A stretch of DNA of 64,000 nucleotides, from positions 2,728,307-2,792,306 of the forward strand of contig OZ244061.1 in assembly GCA_965215475.1 (NCBI GenBank), in the 5' to 3' direction. The translations under genes were made by a program, and so were the position numbers. This stretch comes from Rhodothermales bacterium. Lineage in GTDB: Bacteria > Bacteroidota > Rhodothermia > Rhodothermales > Bin80. Every line of letters begins with the position of its first letter. The first letter of the stretch is position 1. Under the pieces are notes generated by a model, which ran no database searches, was not told where the DNA came from, and worked only from the letters and a program-made list of their open reading frames with translations. This document shows positions 39,136 to 49,862 of this stretch, piece after piece.

Positions 39136-40300
39136 GGGGTTGTTTCAAAAACAGGTTAAACTTTTGAGTTTTCACTGTGACTGGCAGGGCAAAATCCCTA
39201 CTCATAATCACATAAAATCAAAAGTAAAATGTGCCCTTCTGATGAACAATTTTCGTTGAATGATCTTCTACAAAATCCGTCCATTTCGGATCCTTCTCTC
39301 CGCCTCCATTTACTGCGTCATTACATTGAGCTTCTCGGGGATTTGACCCGTGGTTTATTGTTGGATGTATCGTCATCTGAGGCAAAGATCTTGCCTGATC
39401 TAGAGGATCTACCACCGCCGAGTTCGGAAAATTTAGAGTCCGAGACTACAGCTTTATCTGCGCCACCCGACGATGGAGATGCGGGATCTCTTGCAAAGAC
39501 ACGTATGGAGGCCTTAGAGCTGTTTGATTCCCGTCTTTTTGCGAGGTACTGCTATGTGGCGATATGGGTGGATATGATCCATGTATGGGGGCATCCCATG
39601 CTTCTATGTGTGGGAACCACCGTTGAAGGCTACCGCCAGATTCTGGGCTTTATCGAAGCGCCTCCACAAGATGTGGTCGCCATGCAACGACTCTTTCAGG
39701 ATCTGATCGAACGTGGATTGCCTACTGGACTTCTTTGTGTCACCTCTGGGGGTCAAGACTGATTGTAGATTGCTTGGCCGGATTCAATACTGCCAGTTGT
39801 GCAAACGTGAGAGCGTGTCAAGTTTTCTTGAAGAATCGGATTCTGCTCCGATCAAAGGGGCGATGAAGCAGGCGTATGAGAGTCCAGACCATGAAACCGC
39901 CCTGGATGCGCTCATGGACATTCATGCGGATTTACTTCATCGCAATCGGAGTGCAGCTCACACGCTTGAACAAGATCTGGACAAAACATTGACGGTACAC
40001 CGAACCGGACATATGAGCCCTTCTTATTCATCTCAACCTCCGATCTCTGTTAAATCGTCATCTTGCTGAGATTCGCAGCTTTTCTTTCTTCATCGTCGAT
40101 ATTTTCGGGTCAAATCCTGATTATTTTGGCTAAAAAGGTAGGCATGAAGACGCTGTTTATGTCCAAGTCTGGGTTGACGGTTCATCCATCGCAGGGAGAT
40201 GATACACGAACCTCTCATGCAACAGAATCTCCTGCTTTTTTCCGTTGGAATCAGGCTAACTACTATCATGGTAGTAGTTCGGCCCTCCAATCGCAGTCAT
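39136..40300 (+). mobile_element. IS256-family element, degraded (left IR plus frameshifted transposase)
   Basis: The left IR is GGGGTTGTTTCAAAAACAGGTTAAAC (39136-39161). Transposase pieces include YVAIWVDMIHVWGHPMLLCVGTTVEGYRQILGF, QYCQLCKRESV and, in another frame, NLRSLLNRHLAEI. Confidence 0.65.
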
Positions 40301-40404
40301 GTATCGCATACCCAATCCTACCGTATGGACGCACCTCTCCTATACGTTGATGTTTCGGATTTTTTTTTTGACTTGTAAAACCACCTCAGATGAGGTGGTT
40401 GGCG

Positions 40405-41947
40405 TTAGATATCGGGCAAGCCGTGCCACCGCAGTCGCAGAAGGTGATCCCAAAAACGGATCCATAGTTGCTCTGCCGACAGGGCGATAGAAAACGTAAC
40501 GTAGCGACTATGGCGTGCAAGGGTTGCACCGACTTTTAGTAGGTGGAGGCGAAAGGTGGTAATCTGCATGTGAGGGGTATGCTTTAGTTTGGAGTCTACC
40601 TCTGTACTGGCATCGGTGTTCTGCGTGTCATCCACCATCATCGTTTCCGTGTTGATCTTCAGAGATGTATCCTGATGAACTTCGGTGTCTGATGTGACAG
40701 GGCTACGCTCCACATTGGGCACCACCTCTGGTGCGATGAAGGCATCGACCAATATGCATGATCTGATATGCATAGAGAACCGATAGAAGACGCACGGCAT
40801 TTTCTCTGCGAACCTCTCGTTCTTCCACTGTTTCAGGCTCCTGTTCACGGATGATCTTATGGCCTCTGTAGTGTTCCTTGGGGCGTTCTGTGGATGACAG
40901 CATGACTTGATTGATCAACTCTTTGATTTCCCCCTGATGCTTTTCAGCCTTTCCACGCATCGCGTATATCTTCGCCAGTGCTTCCCCCGAATAGGTCTCT
41001 GCGTCAAGGTTGGTCAGCAAAAAGAAGTAGTCTTCATAGAGTTCAGCTGGACGAGGCCGTATGACCATCACGACCCGACGTGGACCATCCCAACTCTCCG
41101 CTTGATACATCAACTCAACATAGCCATAGGTGTTCGGTGGACATCCTTTCCCATCAAAATAGGCTTCGGCCATCGCCTTTAACTTGTTGTTGCCCTTCAA
41201 GCGTGTCACATAAAACAGGCCTGCGCTCTCTATATCCTCGTACACCTCAGGACTATTGAATCCCGCATCAAGGCGAAAAATGACACGATCCGCGGCATGT
41301 TTTTGAACCTGTTCACCGATAGGAATCATGACCTTCTGACAGTTGGTCGCTTCCCGTTGCGTGCCTGGATGCTCCAAGGACATCCCCCGTTTCTCCACAC
41401 GTCACAAACAACGGCAAGAAGACGGTTCGCTTGTAATGACCATTATACTTGCATCCCAGTTGATGGCCATGGGCATGGCATCGACATCAAGGATGACTTC
41501 ATCCAGACGTTCACCGCCGCTGCGTACGAGCCTATGCTCCATTCAGAAGACCCTTCTGCATCACCTCAACATTATCCGGTGCACCGAGAATGCTCCAAAA
41601 GCGTGACATCGTCGGTTGCGATGCCGGCTGGTTGGCTGGATCGACAACGGCTTCGCCCCGCTCCGTACTGAGAGCGACCCGTAATCATTGCCCAGATCTT
41701 TACTGGACAAGTCCCATCCTTGCATCGTCGGCTGCAAAAGCAGATCCTCCATGGAGTGTGTGGTACGATAGGGATCCCGTGGATCATGGAGATTGTCCAC
41801 CAGATAGGGAAGAATACCTGTAGCTTCAATCAGCCCCCTCATAGATAGAGCCCCCGCATCGGAAGTCGTATGGTTGGTCGTGGATGCCTGCACCAAAATA
41901 GAGTGGTTATAGGGGATCTGAACCTGTAAGTTTTGAGAGTCCGTCAT
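40405..41947 (-). mobile_element. IS1380-family transposase pseudogene
   Basis: Contains RLDAGFNSPEVYEDIE..FYVTRLKGN, YQAESWDGPRRVVMV, FFLLTNLD and YAMRGKAEKHQGEIK. The N-terminal part (41561-41947) is in a different frame. Confidence 0.7.
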
Positions 41948-42490
41948 GATTCACCTCCGGGGTGAAATTGGTGACGAAAAAACATCCATCTCAGACAATT
42001 GGAGCATGGATCCAATGGATCCAATGGCAACAAAAATTTGAAATTGCGTGAAGATGCGGGAAACTATTATAGATAAAAAAAGCTCAAAATACGTTTGACT
42101 TATCTCAACAATGGATTTTTTTCAATAAAAAAAGAGAAAAATGCCCTCTTGAAAAGAGAATTATCAAGGTTCTCCTTATCTTGGAAGGGTTGTTTGATCA
42201 GATGAGCAAATCTGAATCGTTCAAGCTGGGCTCAAATCGCAATTTGAGATGAATAAGGGGGGATGAGTCGACTGAGTCGCAGTTTACGGACGACCCGCTG
42301 TATCACCCGTATTGGGCAAAAGCTCAACAAGCGGTTGAAAGAGATCCAGGGCTGGCTTCCCCCCACCGACCGACGCGCCCAAATCGCATTAGGGCTTTTG
42401 GAAATAGAATTAGACATGCGTACCTTAGATCATGCTTCGCAGTTACCTGCGTTACTCAACCCGGTCAAATCTTGACGATCAAGTACGCGA

Positions 42491-43738
42491 ATGGAAAAGC
42501 GCCACCCCACTTCTTCCTCCAAAAGATCCCCCTCACGGCTTTCTTCGGCAGAACTCGCCCCCCTTCTCCGCGAATGGCCCGAAACGGAGTCTCTGGATGA
42601 TTATTTGCTTGATCTTCATGCGTGGATTGCCATGGAGATCGAAGTGACGGAGCTTTGTGGGAAGCGCCATCTTCAATTTGATCCAGAGAAACGGCGCTAT
42701 CAGCGCCGGGGGAGCAATCCTGGTGCGATTCGGATTCGCTCGGAGTGGGTGGCAATCGAGGTTCCAAGGGTTCGGGACTTTCGAACGGGGAAAGAGAAAT
42801 CACTCAAGAGTTACCAGAGGCTTCGCCAACTGTCCAAGAAACAGGAACTAGGGTTGGTCAATCTTGTGGATCGTGGACTGAGTCAGCGCAACTATAAACA
42901 GTCGGTTCAGGAGTGTGCAAAGAGTCATGGATTAAGTGCGTCTACCGTCCGTCGGATCTTTACAAGGCGGACCACGGAGATACTCCATGAATTTGAAACC
43001 ATGGATTTGTCGGAGCAGAGCTATGTCGTTGTGATGATGGATGCAACGAAGATCCGAGAGAAACACATGATGATTTGTGTTGGAATCACCGCAACAGGAA
43101 CGAAAAAGGTATTAGGGTTTGCGGAGGTATCGTCGGAAAATGCAAAGGCCATAGAGAGCTTATTGGCGCGTTTGTTCCGTCAGGGGGTACAGATTGATCA
43201 CGGAATCTTGTTTGTGGTAGATGAATCTAAGGGCATTCACAGAGCCATCAAAGCGGTCTGTGGCCGGTATGCACAGATCCAGCGATGTACGCAGCATAAA
43301 CGAGAAAATATCAAGGGGCATATCCGTTGTGAGAAGACGAGGGCTTCGGTGGAGCGTCAACTCAATGCGGTCTATCTTGGATCGCAGACCTACAGCGAAG
43401 CGAAACAGGCTTTGGACACGTTAGGACTACACTTAGCCAATGATGGGTATACACAAGCGGTCAGGAGTCTGGAAGAAGAACGAGAAGAGACGTTAACGCT
43501 CCATCGTCTGAGCGTCCACCCGGATTTGCGGTCCTGTTTGCGAACCACCAACATCATGGAAAGTCTGAACGCTACCTTGAAGGAACGGTGCCGTAAGATC
43601 CGACGGTGGAACAGTTCGAAACAGTGTCATAGATGGGTGGCTTTGGGGGTGCAGGAAGCCGAAGCTAAGATGCAAAAAATCTCCTTGAAAAAGGAGCTGA
43701 TTGAGCTGAAAAAAACCCTCAAGAAACATGTGCAATAA
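42491..43738 (+). CDS. IS256-family (mutator-type) transposase, apparently intact
   Basis: 415 aa with YVVVMMDATKIREKHMMICVGITATGTKKVLGF, QIQRCTQHKRENI and TTNIMESLNATLKERCRKI. Only ~35% identical to the degraded copy at 39.2-40.3 kb. Confidence 0.85.
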   Translation: MEKRHPTSSSKRSPSRLSSAELAPLLREWPETESLDDYLLDLHAWIAMEIEVTELCGKRHLQFDPEKRRYQRRGSNPGAIRIRSEWVAIEVPRVRDFRTGKEKSLKSYQRLRQLSKKQELGLVNLVDRGLSQRNYKQSVQECAKSHGLSASTVRRIFTRRTTEILHEFETMDLSEQSYVVVMMDATKIREKHMMICVGITATGTKKVLGFAEVSSENAKAIESLLARLFRQGVQIDHGILFVVDESKGIHRAIKAVCGRYAQIQRCTQHKRENIKGHIRCEKTRASVERQLNAVYLGSQTYSEAKQALDTLGLHLANDGYTQAVRSLEEEREETLTLHRLSVHPDLRSCLRTTNIMESLNATLKERCRKIRRWNSSKQCHRWVALGVQEAEAKMQKISLKKELIELKKTLKKHVQ

Positions 43739-43779
43739 TACATCAATTTAACGAGCTAAATGCCTGCGCCAGAAAATGA

Positions 43780-43806
43780 GTTTAACCTATTTTTGAAACA
43801 ACCCCC
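43780..43806 (-). repeat. IS256-type terminal inverted repeat (right end)
   Basis: The reverse complement GGGGGTTGTTTCAAAAATAGGTTAAAC matches 39136-39161 at 25 of 26 positions. A weaker possible left partner is GGGTTGTTTG at 42187. Confidence 0.75.
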
Positions 43807-44262
43807 ATCCACTGTTGCATATTCTTCATAAGATTCGGTACCTTTAACAGATCTGCCTGCACCGTAAGCTGTTGCGAAAACTTTTTTTCTTACACAAGCT
43901 ACATCATTAGTTTCGATCGGACCATTCTGATCAAATAATTCCTGAGAAACAGATTCGTACTCCCCTTTTATATAAGTCTTAATCGTATAACGCTCACCTT
44001 TGTCACTTTTTAGATCTATCTCAATGGCCCCTTCCAGTTCATCCCTTCTTAGATATTCTCCATGTAATTCCAATAAAAGTCCTGATGCACCTTCTTTATC
44101 GCATAGTCCCACAGACAGACTTCTGAGAATAGTTGTCTTTCCATCTCCGTTATCTCCCACGAATAGAGACCAATTTTTAATGTTACCTTCGTCATCCTCA
44201 AACGAAATCTCAATATCTTTGAAGCATTTAATGTTCTTAAGTCTCAATTTTGATATTTTCAT
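43807..44262 (-). pseudogene. ABC/AAA_21-like ATPase, N-terminal ~150 aa only, truncated at the IS end
   Basis: MKISKLRLKNIKCFKDIEISF...WSLFVGDNGDGKTTILRSL is a Walker A region typical of defence-type SMC-like ATPases. The ORF runs into the IS inverted repeat at 43806. Confidence 0.65.
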
Positions 44263-45084
44263 TTTCAGGTGATGTCAACAGAATTCTTCCTTAGACCAAG
44301 AAACCGAGCATTTCTTTCAGATCCAGTCGATAAACAGCAAGAGAACTGTGTCATAGATTAGGAGCCTACGAAACTACATGTTACAGGAGTTCCCGCTAAC
44401 TGTTTCTGTTCAGGGAATTAGAGACTGCCCGGCATTCCGTTCTCTGTGAAGTGTTTGCATTTTGTTCTCCCCTAGCAAGGTTCCTTTTTCAACGGGGCAA
44501 CTCTTCCTCCCTGTAGATTGTACGAGATGCTGATTTAGATTATTGTTTAGGGTCTTCAGTTCGACAAAGATTCGTCAATTGGTTGAGAGGCTTGAATGTC
44601 AACTGGACAAATCCGAGCTTCAATGATGCCAAAAAGTTGAAAGGATTTACATCCATCAAACGTCAGTCCCTCTTTGGGAGCGAATGGATCTTTATCTACA
44701 TTCCTCAAAAGAGTTTTTTCACTCATAAAAGGAAAGTGTCCAACTCAGGTTTGCGATTTCTTTTTTACGGAGACCTGGATCTTTACCCACAAAAATCGCG
44801 GTAGAACCAACAAATCAATGAGCTCGTTAGGATCAGTGTATTTAACTCCATCCTCTGATATCAGAACAGCATTTTCACGCAAGTTTCAAAAATTTGTAAA
44901 TTAGACTAGAATTCGGTCAATCTGTACTCAAAATTGCATACTTGCGATTACGGAACCTTCTCATTTTCTTCATATTTTAGGATGTTAGAAAGGATAAGAT
45001 TACATTGGTAGTGAATGGTATAAATTTTTCGGATAGGACCAAAAACCACCCTGTTTTGTGCCAGATGAAGGATACGATTTGATC

Positions 45085-45570
45085 ATGAAGGAATTCACGC
45101 ACCTTGGGGATAAAGGTGGTATTCATATGGTTGATGTTTCGAGTAAACCCTCTTCGAAACGAAATGCCTCTGCCGAAGCAAGTGTGCTCCTTGGGGCGGA
45201 TGCCTACGAGGCTTTGACGCAAAAGCGTATTGCGAAGGGGGATGTTCTGACTACGGCACAGATCGCGGGTATCATGGGAGCCAAAGATACGGCTCGACTG
45301 ATTCCACTATGCCATCCGATTTCGTTGGATTCGGTAGAATTGTCGTTTTTATTTGACGAAACAATCCATGCAGTGAAGATTAAAGCCGAGGTTACATCAT
45401 GTGGGCGTACCGGCGTAGAAATGGAGGCATTGACGGCCGTGTCCATGGCTTCGTTATCGATCTACGACATGTGTAAATCAATTTCGAAAGCAATACGTAT
45501 CACGGATATACAACTGATATCCAAAGACGGTGGAGTACACGGTCGATATTCGGCAGGCAGCAATCCGTAA
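45085..45570 (+). CDS. moaC: Cyclic pyranopterin monophosphate synthase MoaC
   Basis: Contains LTHLGDKGGIHMVDVS, ARLIPLCHP and GVEMEALTAVS. The start was moved to the ATG at 45085. Confidence 0.9.
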   Translation: MKEFTHLGDKGGIHMVDVSSKPSSKRNASAEASVLLGADAYEALTQKRIAKGDVLTTAQIAGIMGAKDTARLIPLCHPISLDSVELSFLFDETIHAVKIKAEVTSCGRTGVEMEALTAVSMASLSIYDMCKSISKAIRITDIQLISKDGGVHGRYSAGSNP

Positions 45571-45594
45571 TCGAAAAATCTATAGACGAAACAA

Positions 45595-46596
45595 ATGGAG
45601 AATTTATTGAACCTGGGCAGTTTTATTATCATTCTACTGATTCTTGTTGGCGTAATCTTGTTGTTGTACTTCGTTCCAGTACGACTTTGGATCACGGCAA
45701 TCTTCTCAGGTGTTCATCTGAAGCTCTTTCGTGATTTGGTCGGAATGCGACTCCGTCGGGTTCCACCGGATCGGATTGTAAAGCCGCTGATCACAGCTCA
45801 TAAGGCTGGGATTCCATCTGAGACTCCAAAATTGGAGGCACACTTTTTGGCAGGGGGGAATGTGCAACAGGTCATTAATGCACTGATCTCAGCAGATAAA
45901 GCGGATATTGATTTACCGTTTGAGCGCGCGACGGCGATTGATCTTGCTGGGCGAGATGTATTTGAGGCGGTTCAGGTTTCTGTGAATCCGAAGGTCATCG
46001 AAACTCCGCCGATCTCGGCAATCGCAAAAGATGGAATACAACTTCGTGCAATTGCACGCGTTACGGTCCGTGCCAATATCGAGCGACTCGTTGGTGGAGC
46101 CGGAGAAGAAACGATTATTGCCAGGGTCGGAGAGGGGATTGTTTCTACGATTGGATCATCTGATTCTCATGCGGCGGTACTGGAAAACCCGGATATAATT
46201 TCCAAGACCGTATTGGCGAAAGGATTGGATTCAGGCACGGCATTTGAGATTTTATCGATCGATATCGCAGATGTGGACGTTGGAGAGAATATTGGTGCGA
46301 AATTGCAGACGGATCAAGCGGAAGCGGACTTGCAGGTTGCCCGGGCGAAAGCAGAGGAGCGGCGAGCTGCTGCGGTTGCGCTTGAGCAAGAGATGATCGC
46401 TCGTGTACAGGAAGCTCGTGCCCGTGTCGTGGAAGCAGAGGCCATGGTCCCAGAAGCCATTGCCGAGGCGTTCCGCAAAGGGCAATTGGGTGTAATGGAT
46501 TACTATAATCTGCGTAATATTGAAGCAGATACAGATATGCGCACTGCTATCGGCAGTGGTGACACAGAGGCTGGAAGCGAGAGTAAATCCTCTTAG
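45595..46596 (+). CDS. floA: Flotillin-like protein FloA (UPF0365/YqfA family)
   Basis: Colinear with the recalled B. subtilis FloA sequence. Shared motifs include [65 protein letters not shown] and [16 protein letters not shown]. Confidence 0.9.
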   Translation: MENLLNLGSFIIILLILVGVILLLYFVPVRLWITAIFSGVHLKLFRDLVGMRLRRVPPDRIVKPLITAHKAGIPSETPKLEAHFLAGGNVQQVINALISADKADIDLPFERATAIDLAGRDVFEAVQVSVNPKVIETPPISAIAKDGIQLRAIARVTVRANIERLVGGAGEETIIARVGEGIVSTIGSSDSHAAVLENPDIISKTVLAKGLDSGTAFEILSIDIADVDVGENIGAKLQTDQAEADLQVARAKAEERRAAAVALEQEMIARVQEARARVVEAEAMVPEAIAEAFRKGQLGVMDYYNLRNIEADTDMRTAIGSGDTEAGSESKSS

Positions 46597-47834
46597 TCGA
46601 CCATCGAGAGTTGGACGAGTTCAATCCGGTTTCGTGACGCTTTGAGAATTTCGATTTGGAAGGGTTCAATGACTACCTTGTCATTCGGGGAAGGGATTGC
46701 ACCACTATGATCAAGGATAAATCCGGCGATCGTTTCAAAATCTCCCGTTGGGATCGTTAATCCAAACCGTTCGTTGATTTCATTGATTTCGGCTTTTCCG
46801 CTGAATCGGAACGTCCGGGGAGTGATTTTACTCATGGTGACGTTTTCCGTATCAAACTCATCCTGGATATCACCGAAGAGTTCTTCCAGAAGATCTTCAC
46901 GTGTAATCAAGCCCGCAGTACCTCCATACTCGTCAATGACGATCACGATGGATCGATGACTGTCACGGAACTCTCGAAGAAGCTCTTTGGCGGGTTTCGA
47001 TTCTGGAACAAATCGGGCGGGCCGGACGACCTCTTGTAAGGTCTTTGGGCCCTCAAATAGATGGTAAGCAAAGGCAATGCCTATGATGGTGTCGATATTT
47101 TCTCGGTAGACCGGGATTTTAGAGTATCCGCTTTCAGCACAGAGCACTCGAAAATTCTCGAGTGTGGAATCCTCTGAAATAGAGACGATCTCAGTCCGCG
47201 GAGTCATGCATACTTTGGCACGTTTTGCATGAAGACCAAAGACATTGGTGAGCATGCCGGTTTCTTCGGCATCAAGGTCGAGAGATCCACGCTCCACATT
47301 TTCTTCAATCATTTTTTCAAAGGAACGCCGTGAAAAACGGGTCAGCTGATCAGAGGCACCGCCGAGCCCTCGGACAAGAAGCTGTGCAGTCCAACCGACC
47401 AAAAGGATTAGGGGCAAGAGTAGGATATAGGTGGCAGCGAGTGGAATAGCAAGAAAAAAAACGGCCTGGTTTGCGGATTCGCGCATGATGGTTTTAGGGA
47501 GGATTTCTCCAATCAGGAGCACCACGATTGCAGCGATCAGCGTCTGAACAATCAACTGTGGGCTCTCGCCGAAAACAAAACGAGAGAGTGGTTCGGCCAA
47601 GGCAAGTGTCATAGCAGTAGAAAAGATGACCAATGCGATATTATTGCCGACCAGAGTCGTCGTCAATAACCGTGTAGGCGATTCAACGAAAAACGTGACT
47701 AGATGCCCAAGAACGCCGTGGCGTCGTGCTCGCATTTCGACACGAAGACGATTTGCGGCAACGAATGCGATTTCTGTGCCAGAAAAGAACGCACTCAAAA
47801 AGAGTGTACAGATGATGAAGAGCAGCAAAGCCAT
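46593..47834 (-). CDS. CNNM/HlyC-CorC family transporter (DUF21 + CBS pair + CorC_HlyC)
   Basis: 413 aa with four N-terminal TM helices, CBS-like repeats and a C-terminal transporter-associated domain. Confidence 0.8.
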   Translation of the reverse strand: MALLLFIICTLFLSAFFSGTEIAFVAANRLRVEMRARRHGVLGHLVTFFVESPTRLLTTTLVGNNIALVIFSTAMTLALAEPLSRFVFGESPQLIVQTLIAAIVVLLIGEILPKTIMRESANQAVFFLAIPLAATYILLLPLILLVGWTAQLLVRGLGGASDQLTRFSRRSFEKMIEENVERGSLDLDAEETGMLTNVFGLHAKRAKVCMTPRTEIVSISEDSTLENFRVLCAESGYSKIPVYRENIDTIIGIAFAYHLFEGPKTLQEVVRPARFVPESKPAKELLREFRDSHRSIVIVIDEYGGTAGLITREDLLEELFGDIQDEFDTENVTMSKITPRTFRFSGKAEINEINERFGLTIPTGDFETIAGFILDHSGAIPSPNDKVVIEPFQIEILKASRNRIELVQLSMVD

Positions 47835-47849
47835 GCGTAAAGCAGGCGA

Positions 47850-48692
47850 TCAGGTCCGGGATCTAGACTGAAGTACAGGAGCCTCCCAATCATTTTCACT
47901 CTCCTCTGGCCCAAATACAGATTCAATCTGAGAAACAGAAGCTTCGGTTTCCTCAACCTCAGAGAGAAGAAGGTCAAGTTGGTAGGTGATTTCTTCGGGA
48001 TTATTCAGGGTCAGAGACTGTTCATGGATGTATTTTACGACATCCTCAATCGTCGCGACTTGCGCCTCAATCATTTCCAGTTGTTCCTGAGTTTGTTTGA
48101 AGCGTTCCCGACGCTGTTCTAATACCTTGAGTCTCCTCAGTTTAATATTACGAACGGGTTCAGAAGCATTTTTCAATTCCACCTCCACAGCAGCGATTGC
48201 TGTGGTAAGTTCTTGTTCACGTTTATGTTGACCAAAAGAAGTATAGCGCTCCTGTTGAAACATGAGTTTGAGGCAAGAGGTCATGAGTCCTTCAATCTTA
48301 GCGGTATGGCTGTCTAGAATCCCTTGACTTGCAAAACTAAATTTGCGGTAATTTGCCTGTAATTCCTTTTCCAGATCCTTTAATCGAATATAACGACGCT
48401 GGTTGATTCGGCTGAGCTGCCGATACATTTCACGTTGAGAAGGAGGTTTGGCCGCAATAGCTGCATATTTGGCACGGATAAGGTTACGGAATCGCTTATT
48501 ACGGGACATGTATCCCAAGACCAATAGTTCAATAGCCACGGTTGCTGTCAGAACGGATTGGAAGAGGGTCTCTCCCAAGGGAGCCCCAATCATACCGAGT
48601 GTCAGTGCTGCCCCTGCCCCAATGGTGAGGAAGGATAAATTCCACGGATGTAGGAAGGTCTCACGGGTATAATTGATCTCGCCCTCTTTCAT
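47850..48692 (-). CDS. Membrane-anchored coiled-coil protein, unknown function
   Basis: 280 aa with two N-terminal TM helices and a long coiled coil. It overlaps the stop of the upstream small ORF (ATGA), which suggests an operon with pspA. Confidence 0.6.
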   Translation of the reverse strand: MKEGEINYTRETFLHPWNLSFLTIGAGAALTLGMIGAPLGETLFQSVLTATVAIELLVLGYMSRNKRFRNLIRAKYAAIAAKPPSQREMYRQLSRINQRRYIRLKDLEKELQANYRKFSFASQGILDSHTAKIEGLMTSCLKLMFQQERYTSFGQHKREQELTTAIAAVEVELKNASEPVRNIKLRRLKVLEQRRERFKQTQEQLEMIEAQVATIEDVVKYIHEQSLTLNNPEEITYQLDLLLSEVEETEASVSQIESVFGPEESENDWEAPVLQSRSRT

Positions 48693-49048
48693 GCACCTGG
48701 TTCTGGAGTGTTCGCCTTTAAGTTTGGACCGATGGTTTTAGTAGGAGGGTCGGGGGGGGGAGTAGTGGCATCCAAGTCAGTGGACGATGACGATGTTCCC
48801 TCTTGTGTGCTCTGGTTCTCTAATGCAATCTCGAAACGAGCCTCATTCAGAGCGGTCTCTGCATCCAATCGTGCCGTGAATTCATCCGTAGTATTCTCTG
48901 TGCTCACCAAGGTATCTACCATGGACTCCAGCGCGTGATTGATTGCCTTGGTTTTCTTGGCAGATTCAAGGTTACGACGAATTCGCTTACGTTCTCGAAA
49001 CTCCTTGATATACTGTTCTTTAAGTCGTGCGCGTTCCTCTTCAGGCAT
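48689..49048 (-). CDS. Small acidic coiled-coil protein, unknown function
   Basis: 119 aa, located between the pspA-like gene and the membrane coiled-coil gene. It contains a C9 tract (48752-48760) encoding PPP. Confidence 0.5.
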   Translation of the reverse strand: MPEEERARLKEQYIKEFRERKRIRRNLESAKKTKAINHALESMVDTLVSTENTTDEFTARLDAETALNEARFEIALENQSTQEGTSSSSTDLDATTPPPDPPTKTIGPNLKANTPEPGA

Positions 49049-49050
49049 CG

Positions 49051-49806
49051 CTATGATTCCCGGTTACGTGTACGCCCCATGGTCTTTTCTTCAGAGCTGT
49101 CTGTATCGATACGTCCAGATTCCGGGGTAGGTTCATTAAGGAGCCCCATCTCGCGTTTCATCTGATTAACCAGTTCAGCAGCTCGCAGATCTTCTGCTTC
49201 TTCATCTAGGCGGATTGCCTGCACATCCACGGAATCCATGGCAACTTCGATACGCGCTTCATTTTTGGCTGTTTCTTGGTCAAGGCGTTGAATCATTTCA
49301 TCGTGAGTCTGATCAATGCCTCCCACTTCAAATTTCTCAAGTGCATCGGCAACATTCGCCTGCCATTTTGCACGTTCACTGGCACGCAGAGCATCCTGAG
49401 CGGCGTCAATTTTCCTCTGGCGTTCCCGCATAAATGCCTTTTTGACTTGTTGAGCTTTGTCGTAGGCTGCGGTTGCATGAGCAAGTTGCTCTTGGGTTTT
49501 TACAAGATTCTCCTGAGCAGTTTCGAAGCGTACCGCATGTTGTTGGGCAAGGTCGTCACGTCCACCTTGGATCGCAGATTGAATCTTGGATTTCAATGTT
49601 TGTACTTCAGCCTGGATGCGCTTGAGTTCTTTTTGCAGTAGAATGACATTGGCCTTGACGGTCGCAATGTTTTCATTCATTTTCGGGACTTGGTCATTCA
49701 GCTCCCGTATATTCTGCTCCAGAATTAGCTTGGGGTTTTCCAGGGAAGAGATCGCACCCCCGAAGATGGATCGAAGTGCACGTTTGAACCGGGTCCAGAG
49801 AGACAT
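49051..49806 (-). CDS. PspA/IM30 family protein
   Basis: 251 aa. ENPKLILEQNIRELNDQVPKMNENIATVKA plus the long coiled coil is typical of PspA/Vipp1. Confidence 0.85.
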   Translation of the reverse strand: MSLWTRFKRALRSIFGGAISSLENPKLILEQNIRELNDQVPKMNENIATVKANVILLQKELKRIQAEVQTLKSKIQSAIQGGRDDLAQQHAVRFETAQENLVKTQEQLAHATAAYDKAQQVKKAFMRERQRKIDAAQDALRASERAKWQANVADALEKFEVGGIDQTHDEMIQRLDQETAKNEARIEVAMDSVDVQAIRLDEEAEDLRAAELVNQMKREMGLLNEPTPESGRIDTDSSEEKTMGRTRNRES

Positions 49807-49862
49807 GATGATAGTAAGTTTACTGAACTACAAGATACCTAATTCTAGGGATTTATATTCTG

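Noticed and set aside
42006-42026. Short tandem ATGGATCCA x2 repeat upstream of the intact IS256
   Set aside because: It has only two to three units, lies in a non-coding AT-rich spacer, and has no partner elsewhere. It is most likely a trivial duplication.
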